In this document: piece by piece, positions 24,021 through 37,809 of the stretch
How positions within the stretch are numbered: position 1 is the first letter of the stretch
Layout: every line of letters begins with the position of its first letter
Source: Zootoca vivipara
Lineage: Eukaryota
Direction: 5' to 3'
NCBI RefSeq assembly: GCF_963506605.1
Contig: NC_083279.1
Span: forward strand, 39,742,001-39,806,000
Length of the DNA stretch: 64,000 nt
Program-made: the position numbers and the translations under genes
The notes under the pieces: model-generated
Seen by the model: only the letters and a program-made list of their open reading frames with translations
What the model was told of the DNA's origin: nothing
Databases searched by the model: none

Positions 24021-27000
24021 ATTTTTCAGTGGCACATTGGGAAAATGTACACCAGTAAAATGGCTCTTGTTTCCTGGCTTCAAAAATAGAACATAGCCAT
24101 TGTTCAAAACTGCTTTAGGAAACCCTGGCTTACCTCCTGCAGTAGAGGCCTGTTTCGCTAATCAAACCATTTAATCCAATTTAAAATAAGACGTTTTAGA
24201 TTCCCCAGTGATTATCCTAACCAAAGCATAGATCCTACTCAATATATTATCAAAGCTTGCAGTTAAAAAGAAGCAAGACGACATGTTACATGAGAATCTC
24301 TGATCTCAGAAATGATGTGTATATGGTATTAATTAGTCTACAATAGTGCCGAATGTAAGGAGTAGAACTATGCATCAGATTTTAACCTTACCTCTTACAG
24401 TACCATTTTGTTTACATGATTGTATTGTGGATTGGGATATTTTTACATGCTCTATATTTTCCTCATTTATTTATATGGATCCCAGGACAGCTAGCAGCAA
24501 TCTTGAAACACAATGCAAATATTATAATATAGCCATTAAGATTATAAAAAGCAACCTTTAAAAAACAATGCAGCAGACAATAAACTCTCTCTGTCAAAAG
24601 GCGCAGTTAAGAACCAAAAACCTGGAGAAATAAAGAAGTGGATGTTTAAACACTGACAACAACTGAACATTGGTAGACAACTGAACCTGAATTAGAATTG
24701 TCCCTTTTGGGTCACCCCACCGGAATGGCCTTCTGAAAATGATCCCAGCCTCATAAAGCAGCTCAGAGAGGGCGGCGTGGAAAAAGCCGCCATGCGAATA
24801 GCCCTTGATAGTCCTCTCCTCCATGAATTGGTCTTGAGTTACTTGTGACCTAAGGATTTAGTTTCATTGTTCATGGAAAGCAAAATTATGTCTGTGTCTC
24901 AGCTGGGCAAAGGCTGTCAGTAGCAGGTATCCATGGAAACTGGTCAGTCAAGCAGTCAAAAGGCCAGAAGGCTGTCTCCAGACAGCCACATTGATTAAAC
25001 TCCCTTCTTATCAAGAGAGGAAGCCCTTTGAAGTGGATGATGTCATAGACTCAGGTGGTTAAGGACCTATCTCAACAATCTGTTGAAGTTTCCATCTAAC
25101 AATAAGTAGCAAAGAGAAAGCTTCAGTAGATCTGCTGACTCGGGGAAAGCGAGATTGCCTTTTGGGCAGGCTGTGCTGCCGATAGAATATTGACTTAAGA
25201 CATGGGGGAAAGCTCAGGTTTAGCTCAAAGGGAAGGCAGAGAAAATGTGAAAATGGGTTCTGAATACCTTCAAGAGCAAAGTAAGGCAAACGTCCCAATC
25301 AACTACTGAGAACTGCACACAGAAGTAGCTCTCTATGTGCAGAATGCAGATATATATCTTCATTTCCGTCACACCCTATGCACTGCCTAGACATCTGTTT
25401 TGCTGAATAGGGAGATGCATAGCTAATAGCCCATTGCTAGATATACATTGGGGACAAAGTTCTTTATCTGTGCTCCTACAATACATGTGTTACTCCCAGG
25501 TAAGTGGGTCTAGGACTGCTGTCTTTGTTCTAATAGGGTCAACAATACGGTTTTTCAGAAGGCAAGAAAATGAATAGGCAAAAACCAAGTAGCTCAAAAA
25601 ATGATTAACATGAGAGAAGATATATTTCAGAATAATTCTGTAAGGCTACTCATCTGTTAATACTTTAGGGGATTTTTAAATCAACAATTTACACTGAGTA
25701 ACAAAAGGGGTTATGGAAGAAAAGTGAGAATCAGTCGGGCAAGGAGAGAATTGAGGGGTATTTTTCCTCCTTAAATTCCCTTCACATGATTTGTTCTTTT
25801 TCATTGCATTATTAATGAAAATACCATATTAATTCACTTTAATTAAAATCCTGCCGTGCAGTTCTTTTGAAAGAGAAGCAATTTTTTTAGTCTTTACCCA
25901 GCTAACTCATTTAATGAAAGATTTTCTAAATGTTAGTCGGATCAGCACTGCTGCTTCCTTTTGATTGCCATCAGGTGTAATGGCTTTTCCAGCTGCTTTG
26001 GAGAAGGTGGGGGGGGGAGCCATAATTGGACATAGGTCAGTGCTTTCATGTAGGATTATCATTCCCATTGTAGAAAATGGTCGCTAAATATTTGATTTAG
26101 CTTTCTCTGTGTGTACTTGTTGGAGATGTGCATCAGGTGACTCCTGTCTGAAGTAGTTTTCAGATCAGGATTCAGATTCAGGGCTTGCCGGAGCCAGAGC
26201 TAGATCTCCACAAAGCATGCTGAACTAAAGCAGGGATCTCTAAAGTGATGCAGGGCAATTTAGAGATTTGGATATACTGTAGTAGAAACTCTGTAGGCAG
26301 TGTGCTTTCAAAAAAACTGAAATATTGCTCCCAGGGCTCACCACAATAACAAATGTCATGGTGGAGGAAGGAGAACTCTTGTGACTGACAGGTCAGGCTT
26401 TTAATAAGAGGCAATGATTTTACCATGGTCTCTAATAACACTATTTCAATATCCCTTCCCTAAAACACTGTATCACCTAATTCTTGTTTGTTCTGCACTC
26501 TTTGCTATTTCTGCTTGCTTAGAACACCCACTTCTGTGCCCCAGTCAAATCAGCTCTTGGTCTAATTCAGCAGAACACAAGCCTGAAGATCCCCCCCCCC
26601 TCCATTTATTATAACTCCCTAGCCCTTGCATGAATCCTCCTGAAATTCTGCAAGTTACTTTTTCCATGGGGTACCTTTTTTATTCATGCCCATTTTCATA
26701 ATTAAATCGACATAACCATAGGGAGGGAAGCGAATCCCCTTTAGTATTCTTCCCCCATTGACTTTAAAGGTGCCCAGCATAAAACATTAGACCAATTACC
26801 TGCAATTTGACAGGTTTCTCACCTAGAGGGTCCTCACTCATTTTTCATTCAAATTGCTCGCAAAAAGTAGGGGAGATTAAGTGAATCCTTTCTTTAACCA
26901 CCCCCAAACTGTAAATAGGTAGTGCCCTTGTGGGGAAACTGCTGCATCTATCCATCTGAAGCTTGGTAGGATTCATTCCTTTAAAAGAAGTAACAAGTGT

Positions 27001-27906
27001 GCAAATTTCATTCAGTTCTGCCAAACCAAATTTAAAAACAAATAACAAAACTTATAGATGATTGCTTTAAGAAACGTGAAAAGTACCCAGCACAATAACC
27101 TAATGTCATAGGCTTTATCTACTTTGGAGGGGCTGCTATACTTGCAGGTTTCATCCTAAAGAAGAAGTTAAACTGGTTTTTAATTTTTCCATGATAGTGA
27201 ATGAGATTTCAATGAGAGTAATTCTAAACATGTCTCCTTAGAAGCAAATTTCATTTAAATAAATGTGGCTTGCTTTCAAGTAAATATAATCAGTATTAGG
27301 CTGTTAGTCACACCCAACTTTCTTGCATCAAATCACCTCAGATTTAGGGGTTCTTACATACTTATTAAAATAAACAGATCCAGCAGTTTGCACATGGAAC
27401 CACCATTCATTTTAAGTAAGGGCACTAAAATCTTCACAGCAAAGAAAGTGTTCAAGAGAAAACTCCTACTTTTGTTAAAATAAGTGAGGAAACCATTCTA
27501 GTTGAAGTACACTTAAACTTCAGGGTCTGAAATACTCCTCTGGATTGAGGCAAATTCTGATGTAGGAGTACTATATCTATTTCTTTCTTTGCTATTCAGA
27601 TCTTAATAACATTTTGGGGGGGGGGAATATAACCCATTGTCATTTAATGAAAACTACTATTGTAAACAGCCATTCACATAACTGTCCACAGATCACCCTA
27701 ATGGCGCACCATCAGAAAGAGCCAATATGGGGCCACCAGGAAACAAGGAGGAGGTATAAGCTCAGTGCTCAGTGAAACTCCAGCGGTTAAAGAAGTACAA
27801 AAGAACCTATTTAAAAAGTCCTCGGGCAAAACAACATGCTGAGAACCGAGCAAACTCAGTAGCCTCAGAATGGTGGGTGTCAGTTAGAACAGAAATGGGT
27901 GGGGCC

Positions 27907-28645
27907 CATAGCTGCCAACACCCGATTAGAAAAATACAGGATCAGCAGCGCCGGCACCGGAAGTCGCTTCTACGCATGTCCAGACATGCGTAGAATCAAC
28001 TTCCGGTGCCGGCGCTGCCCGATTTCTGGTGCACAGGGAGGGCAAACGTCTCAGCGCCCTCCTACCCTGAGGTGACCACCGTGAACAGCAACTTAAAGGA
28101 GTGCACGGAACAAGTTTCCCTCGGAGGCTCCTGCTGTGCTTCCTCCGCGCTCTCAGAACACATACGCCCACAGAACTCACGCAAAGGGCCGTCCGGCTGC
28201 CACCTTCCCAGCTCGCGGAAAAGGCTGAGCGGTGAGGCGGCTGCTGCTGCTGCTACAACTACCCCTCTCATGCTCCTCGCACTTTAGCCCTACCTGTCCC
28301 CTACCTGTTCCCACCACTCGGCGCTCTATATAGCCCCGGCGAGAGGAAACCAGGCCCCCCTCTGCTAACCCTCCCACCCCCAAACCCACCATCACCTGCG
28401 CTTCCCAGCCCAGCCTCCTCGTCGCCCACTTTGCATTCCTAGGCCTTCCCCCATCTATTCCCGTCACGTTTCTGCCCAGCAGCACCACCCTCCTTTATTA
28501 AACGGAGAGCCCAGCAGCAGTGCCAGCCCAGAGCTGCTTTGAAAATCTGGGGGAATTACGGGATAATCCGCCATTCTGGATAACAGCAGGATACTGCTTT
28601 AAAAATAGGGGTTTCCCACGAAAAACGGGAGACTTGGCAGCTATG
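27907..28645. mobile_element. Non-autonomous hAT element, CATAGCTG-TIR family (739 bp)
   Basis: TIR CATAGCTGCCAA / TTGGCAGCTATG; perfect 8-bp TSD GTGGGGCC (27899-27906, 28646-28653). Confidence 0.9.
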
Positions 28646-29399
28646 GTGGGGCCTGCTTGAGTCCCTTGTGGTTTATCACATTTCTGATGAAGCCATGACT
28701 GACTGGAACCCTGAGCAGGAGCGTTCCTGTTTGGAGTTGAGGATATACTGCAGTGTTTTGTTGCAGGTCCCCATTGAGCTTCTTAAAAGCAACGCACCTT
28801 ATCTGGATAGCCATTGTCATCTTTATTTCCCTTTATTTCCCTTTGCCTTGAACACGCAAACATTCAACATGGAAAGGCAGTGGTGGGAAAAAGTTTTCCA
28901 CAGGAGCCGGCTGTGCCTTTCCCTACCTCCCAAACCTTTCTACTATAAGATGCTGTCCAAGACACCCTCTCAATTGGCAACATGTCTGTTTCACTTGAGT
29001 AAGATGATGACTCCTCTTATACCATTTTTGTCAGCCTTTTAATGGGAAATGCACTTGAAGAGAAGCTTGCCATCGTTACTTGACATCTCCTACAATACCA
29101 TTTTATTAGCATGAAAGTGAGAGGCTCTGCAGCTCAAAAGTAACACATCTTTCCTGCATTTGAGCCACTGACTTCTTGCCTATTAGTTGTGATCATAGTT
29201 CATCTATAATAGCAAGGAAGACAAGCTACCCATGAAATTGCCACATTCAATAATACCCGACTGTTCCCCCTTACTACTACAACTGCTGTTAATTTCATTG
29301 CACACAGGTTTACATTGGCAATAAAGGTATTATAATATTATTATTACTAATAATAATAATAATAAACCATAGAGTGAGTCCATTATCAATAAATCAGTT

Positions 29400-30187
29400 T
29401 CCAAATTTCAAGGAATTGAATGCAAATCGAAAGTATTTACTTGATGCCATTAAAAAACCCATCTTAAAGTTTTACTTTATGAAGATGCTATACAGGTGTT
29501 ACATCACCCCCAGCAGACTGTCCAAAATGTACAGAAACAACTCAATTTTATGCTGGGGGCATAGAGAGTTAGAGGGAACAATGTACCACACGTGGTGGGG
29601 TTGCAAAAAATAACTGTTCAAAACGTTTAATAAAAAAAAGGAAGCCTTCCTCTTAGGCATAATGGCATCAGACATCCCAAGGGGGAAAAGAAGGATCTTT
29701 TTGTATGCAACAAGGGCAGTGAGGATGATGATTGCCAAGGGGTAGAAAGAAGAAAATTCCATCAAAAGAGGAGTGGCAAGTAAAAATGCTTGAATACATG
29801 GAACTAGCATACATGATGGAAAAGATCAGAGATCGATCGACCCAAGTTTAAAAGGGAATGGGACATCTATAGAATGCTTTGAATAACTCTTGAAATTGAA
29901 TGTGGTATAAAGAATACAAACAAGATTGATTAAAGATTAAATTTGTTGAAAAATAGATGCAAGTAAGTAAGTAAACAAAGAACCCATATCAAGGAAGTCG
30001 AAAGTTGATGCTGGAATGTTTTTGTGCATTCGAGACATATTGTTATATTTCTTTTTGTTTCTTTTTGACGTATTGTGTTTCTTTTGTTTTGTTTCCTTTC
30101 CCTTTTTTTCCCCTTTCCCCCTTTTCTAAGCTTTCTTTGTGTGTATATGTGTTGATTTCAAACCAATAAAGATTGAATTTTAAAAAG
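29400..30187 (+). mobile_element. L1-clade LINE 3' fragment (degraded ORF2 C-terminus plus 3' UTR)
   Basis: KMLYRCYITPSRLSKMY...CWG...GTMYHTWWGC Cys/His region; T-rich UTR; AATAAA and A-rich end. Confidence 0.75.
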
Positions 30188-32476
30188 AGCCCATTTTAAG
30201 GTCACAGCCTATCCAAACTAATGCTAGGCAGCTCCTTCTCACACTCTTTAAACGGGAGCGTACTCACTGTAGAACACCTGGAATAGCCATCAAGATAATC
30301 CCCAGCAGTCATCTTGATTTCTCTTGTCCAAACCCCATTCTTTAACAAAGAGAGACACTGGGCTAGAGGTCACCCCCCCCCCCCCCCGGGTTCATCCAGC
30401 TCAACCCATATCCCATAGTTGACTATACTCTTTAAATACATTGCAATCCATTTAAGTGAGTGTCACACGGACCTTGGGCTTTCGTAACAGGAAATCCCCC
30501 TTTTCATTGTCTACATAAAAAAACCTTCATATGCGGACACAGGGAGTATGTGGCTGGAGCAGTCAGACCCATTCCAAGCTGCAAGGCTCCCACTTCTTTT
30601 TACCCATTACTTGGTGTAGCATGGTAGAGTGTGATAGGCAGTGGTAGTTCATAGTTCTCCAGATAAGGCTTTGTCTGTAACTCCAGACAGTAAGTGTACA
30701 CCAGGCTCTATGTTACACCAATCTAATTTCACATGGCCCAGGGTCTAATTTTTATGTGGTTGACAAGGAGGGGAGAAACATAGCTGAAAGACAAGAGAGG
30801 ACAGGGGGATGACAGAGAGGATAGGGGAAGAGAGAAAGGGTGTCTGCCTAATTTTGATTCTGTCAACTTTTGGCTCCGCCCACTGCTAGCATGCAACTCC
30901 CGACAGATTCCACCCAAGCAGGAGTGGCTCTTCTGGTGGGACAGAGCCACAACAGCAGCTTTCTGGCAACAGCATTGTTGCTGTGTACCAGTTGGAAAGG
31001 GGAACGAGATGAGGTGGTGGTGAGGTCAGGGCTGGGCAGATACACCCTCAGAAGCATTGTAATGTTTCCACTGGTGTGTCCACACAGTCCTGACCTTGGC
31101 ACCCTTCCCTCATAGGATGCAGCAGTCTCACTGCTGCTGGAAGCCCATTGTTGCAACTCTGCTCCACTGGGGGAACCATTCCTGCTCCTGCAGAAATGCA
31201 ACAGCAAAAAGGGGGGGTCTTGGCCCCTGGTATAGACAATATAGAACTAGATTGACCATTGATTAATGCATTGTAGAACCCTATGTTTCTGCAGTTTTTA
31301 AGGGCTGGATGTTATGGTTCTAGCTACATGGGCATGCCCTGTCAACTAATCGATACAAAGGCAGCATTGAACTGTAATATTGACATTCTGGGTGGATTGT
31401 TTAATGAAACCATGTTGGAAAGGGGTTTTGCACAATAATTTGCTTGCTCTTAAAAACCTAGTGATTGAAAATACAGAAAACAAATCTAGCTCTTAATGAT
31501 TATAGTCAGCTCCACATTAAACAAGATTTGCAAGGTGATGATGGATGTTAAGCTCCCAAGTGTTGAACTACGAATCTCAAAATTCACAAAAATCTAATTA
31601 TGAATTTACCTTACACATCAAGTGAAAAGTCAAGCAAGTGTATTGATAATGTATGCTTTTCTGTCTTTTGGTGTAAACATTTGCATTCTTCATAAAATTG
31701 CATAAGTATTGTTTAGTGGATTACACAGTAGAAAGGTTTAAGAAATGTAGATTCAGCTTTTCCTCTCAATGAGTTTCTCCCTTATATTCCACGGCTATAA
31801 TCTGCAGATTTATAGTGATTCTTTTAAGCTGCAACATTTAGGGTGAGTTATGCCTCTTCAAATTTTCAGGTTAGCTTAGCTATATCACTTCAAGTATTAA
31901 GGAAAGCATAGCCAGCCATTAAGTGAATGGTCTCAAACACTCTTTAGCATATATATATATATAGTCTGGCACTGCAGTTGGCAAAACAAGACTAATGGGA
32001 AGGATGTATATTGTCAAGATCATTTTCAAGGGCATTTGTCATTAATATGTCAGGAGGAACTGACCCGACTAGGCCAATATGATCTAGAAAATAAAATCCC
32101 TAGAAAGATTAATCAGTAAACAAAATAATCTATCATGGTTACTCTTTTTCAATGCCAGTTTTGTGTATATCTTTCTAAGTTGTTATTTACAGCCAAACTA
32201 GGCATGAGTCTATTGACATATGTGGGCCCTGTTGTTGGGTGATAACGCCAAGGCCTGGTGCCTCCCCCCAACTCTGCAAGGCCCAGGATTCATTCCTCCG
32301 GTCTCCCGTCACACTGATGTGGCCCATATCCAGGGACATGAGCACACGACAAGCATAGTTCAAAACAGAAACTCAGCCTCGAGGAGTAACATCTAAGCCT
32401 AATTTATTGCAAATTAAATCAAACATAACAGAACAAAGAAAACATGGCTCCTCTCTGTTTCTTTCTTCCTACGAGA

Positions 32477-32722
32477 GAAGAAGAAGAAGAAGAAGAAGAG
32501 GAGGAGGAGGAGGTTTGGATTTGATATCCCGCTTTATCACTACCCGAAGGAGTCTCAAAGCGGCTAACATTCTCCTTTCCCTTCCTCTCCCACAACAGAC
32601 ACCCTGTGAGGTGGGTGGGGCTGAGAGATTCAGAGAAGTGTGACTAGTCCAAGGTCACCCAGCAGCTGCATGTGGAGGAGTGGGGAAGTGAACCCGGTTC
32701 ACCAGATTACGAGTCTACCACT
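32477..32722 (-). mobile_element. tRNA/CORE-type squamate SINE (Squam3-like) with (CTT)n(CCT)n tail
   Basis: GAA/GAG repeat tail, CAACAGACACCCTGTGAGGTGGGT core, CAAGGTCACCCAGC and GAACCCGGTTC B-box region. Confidence 0.7.
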
Positions 32723-32912
32723 GTGTGACTAGGAAGAGAGTGTGGCTTGGGGAGAATTCAGGCAGCAAGTTAGAGACGCCTGGAGGGCTGTTATTTGAGC
32801 CCCAGGATTGAGGTTTCCTACCCCATGTTAGATAAAAGAATATTGACATCAAATGTCAACTGATGTTATCAAAATAGCTTACGGAGAATGCAAAAGCCTG
32901 ATTTTAAAATAA

Positions 32913-32945
<33 letters not shown>

Positions 32946-33583
32946 TAATCAAACCATCTTTAGAATTTAGTTTTAGATTAGGACTACATTAGATTAGGAC
33001 TACTCATTAGTATATTGCCTATATTACCTAAGCTGCTCTATCCATCTGTTTGAAAGTGCCTGTTTTTTATTGGGCAGAAAGATTAGCAAATTCCAGACTC
33101 GGGGCCAAACATGGTTTGATGTTACAAGTAACTGTTTTCAGCTTCAAATAGCACCTGGTCAACTGATGTCAACTTGAGCCTCTTTTCAAATGCAATCAGC
33201 AGTTTTGTAGCTGCAATTCCTGTCAGGACCACAACTAGAATGGTGCAAGACTGATCCTGAGTGGGCCTGCAGCAGATGCTATTTGCAGTTTAAACAAACA
33301 AACAAACATTGTGACAGGAAATTACACAATTTAATGTTGTGTGCAGTTTAACCCTCAGTTACCAAAACCTCTTGCAAGGAAATGATGTTATTTCTTTGAA
33401 GGAAATGTGTCCCAAGGAAGAGTTCCACAACTTCCCGTTGTATTGATGGTTCCAGAGCTAGAATTTGGCACATCACACAGGAAATACGGGGGTGGGGGGG
33501 AGGGAATGTGATGGGTAATGGAACCAGAACAGAGCACTTCCTACTGTTTTGAGAAAGACTGGAAGGCAATCACAGAGAAGTGT

Positions 33584-33715
33584 GGTTACAGGTAGGTAGC
33601 CGTGTTGGTCTGGATCGAAGTAAAATAAAAAAAATTCCTTCAGTAGCACCTTAAAGACCAACTAAGTTTTTATTTTGGTATGAGCTTTCGTGTGCATGCA
33701 CACTTCTTCAGATAC
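33584..33715 (-). mobile_element. Short Penelope-like element terminus carrying a hammerhead motif
   Basis: 12-bp direct repeat ACAGAGAAGTGT at 33572-33583 and 33714-33725; internal AATAAA on the minus strand. Confidence 0.8.
33678..33715 (-). ncRNA. Minimal type I hammerhead ribozyme motif
   Basis: RNA GUAU-CUGAAGA-A-GUGUG(CAUG)CACAC-GAA-AGCU-C^AUAC: complete core, 5-bp stem II, palindromic AGCU in place of stem III, 4-bp stem I. Confidence 0.75.
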
Positions 33716-34155
33716 AGAGAAGTGTATATCTGTTGCTACGTGTTTGAAAAAGTGCCCAAGAACATGCCCGTGGGCAAACCAGTCATCACATTTAGCATTA
33801 TTACAGATATCCTGTCTTGGAAACATTCCTCTCTCTGTAGGCTTTTCCTGTCTTCATCGTTCACAATTGTCACAATGGCTCATTAAACTGACTGTTCACC
33901 ACTCCAGGCTCCCAGGATGTCTTTGTGCCCTTCTACTAAGAGTTGGAGGCTAAAACTGCTGAGGCACGTAGAACTCCAAGGGACAGATTTTTCTGTTTCA
34001 ATATGGCCAGAAGGGGGTCGGTTTCTTTTGACTTATAGAGCTTGCCAGAGGGGGGGGGGAGATATTCCTGGGAGGTTGCTAACTGGGCTTCTATCAGGAT
34101 GACAGAACTTCTCAACACCATCAAAACAGGGAGCATGAACCACCATGACTTAGAT

Positions 34156-34291
34156 CAGGCACCCCCAAACTGCGGCCCTCCAGATGTTTTGGCCTACAAC
34201 TCCCATGATCCCTAGCTAACAGGACCAGTGGTTGGGGAAGATGGGAATTGTAGTCCAAAACATCTGGAGGGCTGAAGTTTGGGGATGCCCG
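34156..34291. mobile_element. hAT MITE (136 bp)
   Basis: TIR CAGGCACCCCCAAACT / AGTTTGGGGATGCCCG; TSD ACTTAGAT on both sides. Confidence 0.9.
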
Positions 34292-35223
34292 ACTTAGATC
34301 CTAACTTCCGCCTGCTGGAGGGAGTGTCTCTCATAAGCAGCGTTCTGCTCAGAGAAGGTGACTTCTACCATCTCATCCCCTCAAAAATCTGCTTTGTAAT
34401 CCATTGCTATTGCCAGGGTTCCTATGCCCACTATTTGCTCCAGCTTCCCATTGAGCCAGTGGATGGTTTCTGTCTGCAGTTGTAGGTGCTCCTCACCGGA
34501 ACCGAGACCACAGCAGGGGTGGAGGGTTACAGCCCCTTTTCACACAGAACTGGGAAGGTTAAACATTAAAATGCCCAAAATGTTTCACTATACATTCAAA
34601 CCAGTATCATACCGCTTTAAGAAGTCATGACTTCTCCCAAAAGAATCCCGGGAACTGTAGTTTAACACTGCTGAGGGTTGTTAGACTCACAGAGCTATAG
34701 AGTAGTTTAATTATCATTCCCTCTTCTCCAGGGAACTGCGGGAATTTTAGCTATGTGAGGGACACAGTAGTCTTCTAACAACTCTCTGCAAAGAATCCAG
34801 TTCTCAGGATTCTTTGGAGGAAGCCAAGACATATAAAGGATTAGCTACATCCTGCACTCAGAGTCTTCAGCTGGAGCTGGAGTTTATCTGGGGAAGATAC
34901 ATGAAGTCCACAATGTTCATCTTCCAGGAAGAAGGAACACAATACTGCTGGTTTTAGGCTGAAATAATCCTGCAGCATGTAGTGGAAGCTACCTGTCTAG
35001 TAACGCAAGTTTAGAAGTTAGTGCAACCTTTTATTTTTCATTTATCCTACGCTCTGTGTGTTTTGTTATTAAATCAAACGGTTTAAAGTACAGCTGGTGT
35101 GGTTTGATCCAAGGGGATACTGAACAACCTGTATTATCTCACTGCATATCCTTGCCTCGGGACTTTTAGCCAAGTTGCTGCTCTGTATTCAGCAGGTGAT
35201 GGCAGCGAACAATCCATTTAGAT

Positions 35224-35359
35224 CAGGCATCCTCGAACTGTGGCCCTCCAGATGTTTTGGCCTACAACTCCCATGATCCCTAGCTAACAGGACCAGTGGT
35301 GAGGGAAGATGGGAATTGTGGTCCAAAACATCTGGAGGGCCGGAGTTCGAGGATGCCTG
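35224..35359. mobile_element. hAT MITE (136 bp), same family
   Basis: TIR CAGGCATCCTCGAACT / AGTTCGAGGATGCCTG; TSD ATTTAGAT / ACTTAGAT. Confidence 0.9.
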
Positions 35360-37809
35360 ACTTAGATGCTCAGGTAAACTAGTCTTCCTCGTGACTGCCA
35401 GAGATACAGAGTATCACAAGGATACTCTTGAGGATCCAGGGTATGTCAAACCCACCTACCCACAATGCCACGGTCCTGATACCCCCCCAACTGTTTATAT
35501 ATACGGTATAATAAATATTTGATACACTTTGATATTGCCTATCCAGCTGTGTTCTCTAGTTTCAAGCATATTGAAACTAATAAAACATTACAAAATAGCA
35601 GCTAAACATTTTGTACCAACTGAAGCCCACAGAAATCTCTCTCTGATGGGATTCACTACCACCAGATATAGAGGTGGCCACAGAGTTGGGTGGCTTTGAA
35701 AGGAGCGCAGCCAAAGGCTATCAATGGCTATATATCCATTCCAGTGGCAGAGGCAGTATGCCCCTGAATACCACCAGGAGAGAGTGAAGGTCTTGCTTCT
35801 GGGATTCTCATAGGTATCTGGTTGGTCATTATGAGACTAGAATGCTGGGCTGTCTAGGTCTGTCATCAGCTAATTTGGCCCTGTGGTATCATGATGTGGA
35901 AGCAGTAGTTTTAATCTGGGCACACTTGTTTAAGTGCCATCGATTTCACTGTGTTAAACTGTCCATATTTATCTGCAGCCAACCTCTCTGTTGTGAATGG
36001 AGGTTCAATACATAGCTCCACTTTATTCCTAGAAAGATCTATGCTAAAAAATGATTGGAATGTGAAATCCGTTGAAGATGCGGTACTGAAAATTCAGCTT
36101 GAAAGATATGTATTGATCTTGTCCCTAGTCTGGAATGGAACTTTTCAAAAAGGCCATCATTCAACAAGCAGATACTGAAGGTGATCATAAAGAATGGTTT
36201 ATGCATGTGTGCAAGGGAACCATTGACAACAACAAGGTTCTTCCCCAGTGTCCTTTCTCACTGCAGCATCAACAGGGATAAGCCACATTTGAACAGGTCG
36301 GTAACTTACTACATCAGCTGTTGCAGCAGCAGCAGCAAATTACCCTCAGAAAGCATTGGACGGGGGCCCAGCTTCTCTGCATGAGCAGAAATGCTTCCAT
36401 TGAATCTCACCCATTGGCAAAATGCAAAGATTAGCAATGAGTTTATAATGGAGTCCAAGTGGACAGGAAACTCAGTCCAGTTGTCACAGGATTTATTTTC
36501 ATGAACTCCGACAAGACGCTCCAATGAAGCTGGCTGGCCGTTCTTCTTGTGAGGTATAATGGAGCACATCCTTCCAAATTCAATCAGCAACTAGAATCAG
36601 ACTTAATCCAACAAGCCACTGGGATTACATAGCAACTCACAGCATTACAGGGGTAATATTACCCATGGTCCTCTAGATGTTGATGGACTACAACTCCCAT
36701 CATCCCTGTCTGAAGCTAGATCTACACTGACCTGTTTAACATTATTAGATTAGAAATATCATTCTAAAACATCACAGGGCATACTTGTTAATTAAAGCGT
36801 TTCTTACCTTTGTTTCCTCCCCCTAAAAACACTGTCTCCCTACTGCTGGTTGCTTGCAGCTCTGGTGTCATGTTTTAATAACACATTATGAGCATGAATA
36901 GTAGGACACCATGTGTCCATATACATTATCAAAACCCTTCCTTAATGTCAGGGCTTTTCCCCCCAGCCAGAACTCGTAAGAACAAGGGAGGCGTTCATGG
37001 TGAGTCCTGGCACCTCTTTATCTAGAAAAATAGCACTGCTTAATGTTAAAAACGAGGAGTGTAGATCTGCCCTAAGGGTTATGCTGACTGGGGCTGATGG
37101 GAAGTGGGAGTCCAGCCACAGCCAAAGGGCCACGGGTTGCCCTCTCCTAGCTTAAATAAGGTCTCAGCCAGCATGGTGGCACTGCTCATGCCCATACCTG
37201 ATGCACAATGATATTTCTGCAGAACATGAGGGGGAGCGAGCAATAGCCTCTTATCAGGGTAGCCATTTACACATAGACAAAAAGGGAGAAAAGGCACTGC
37301 CAAAACCGAAGGGACATCAATCTGCATTAAAAAGATGACATGGCAATTGATAAGTATAGATGCACATTTTAAAATGAATTAACGTAATATAAATAATATT
37401 TATATCATATATAGTGGATGACTGCACTGGCCTGCACGGCATTGGGAGAATTGTGTGATGTCATGCAATGCATGCATAACATCACACACAAACAGCGCAC
37501 ACTGGCCCCCAAATCTTGGGGGCAACTACCACTGCCTCTCATGCATTCATAGATGTATGAATGAGCAGGGCCATAGCCGCTGGAATGTTGCCTACCCTCT
37601 TTGCTCCACCTTCTCATTAGGTGGAAGGTCAGCTGAAAGGCCCATTCAGCTGAGCACCTTGTATGATCAGGGCTTCTGATCACGTGAAACAGCCAACATG
37701 GACTCAGCTGAACATGCATAGGCTTCCCAGGGATGGCTATGTGAGGAGTGGAGCCAGTGAACATGGCCCCACACCCCTTGCCACTTATTATTAATTTTTA
37801 AATTTGATC

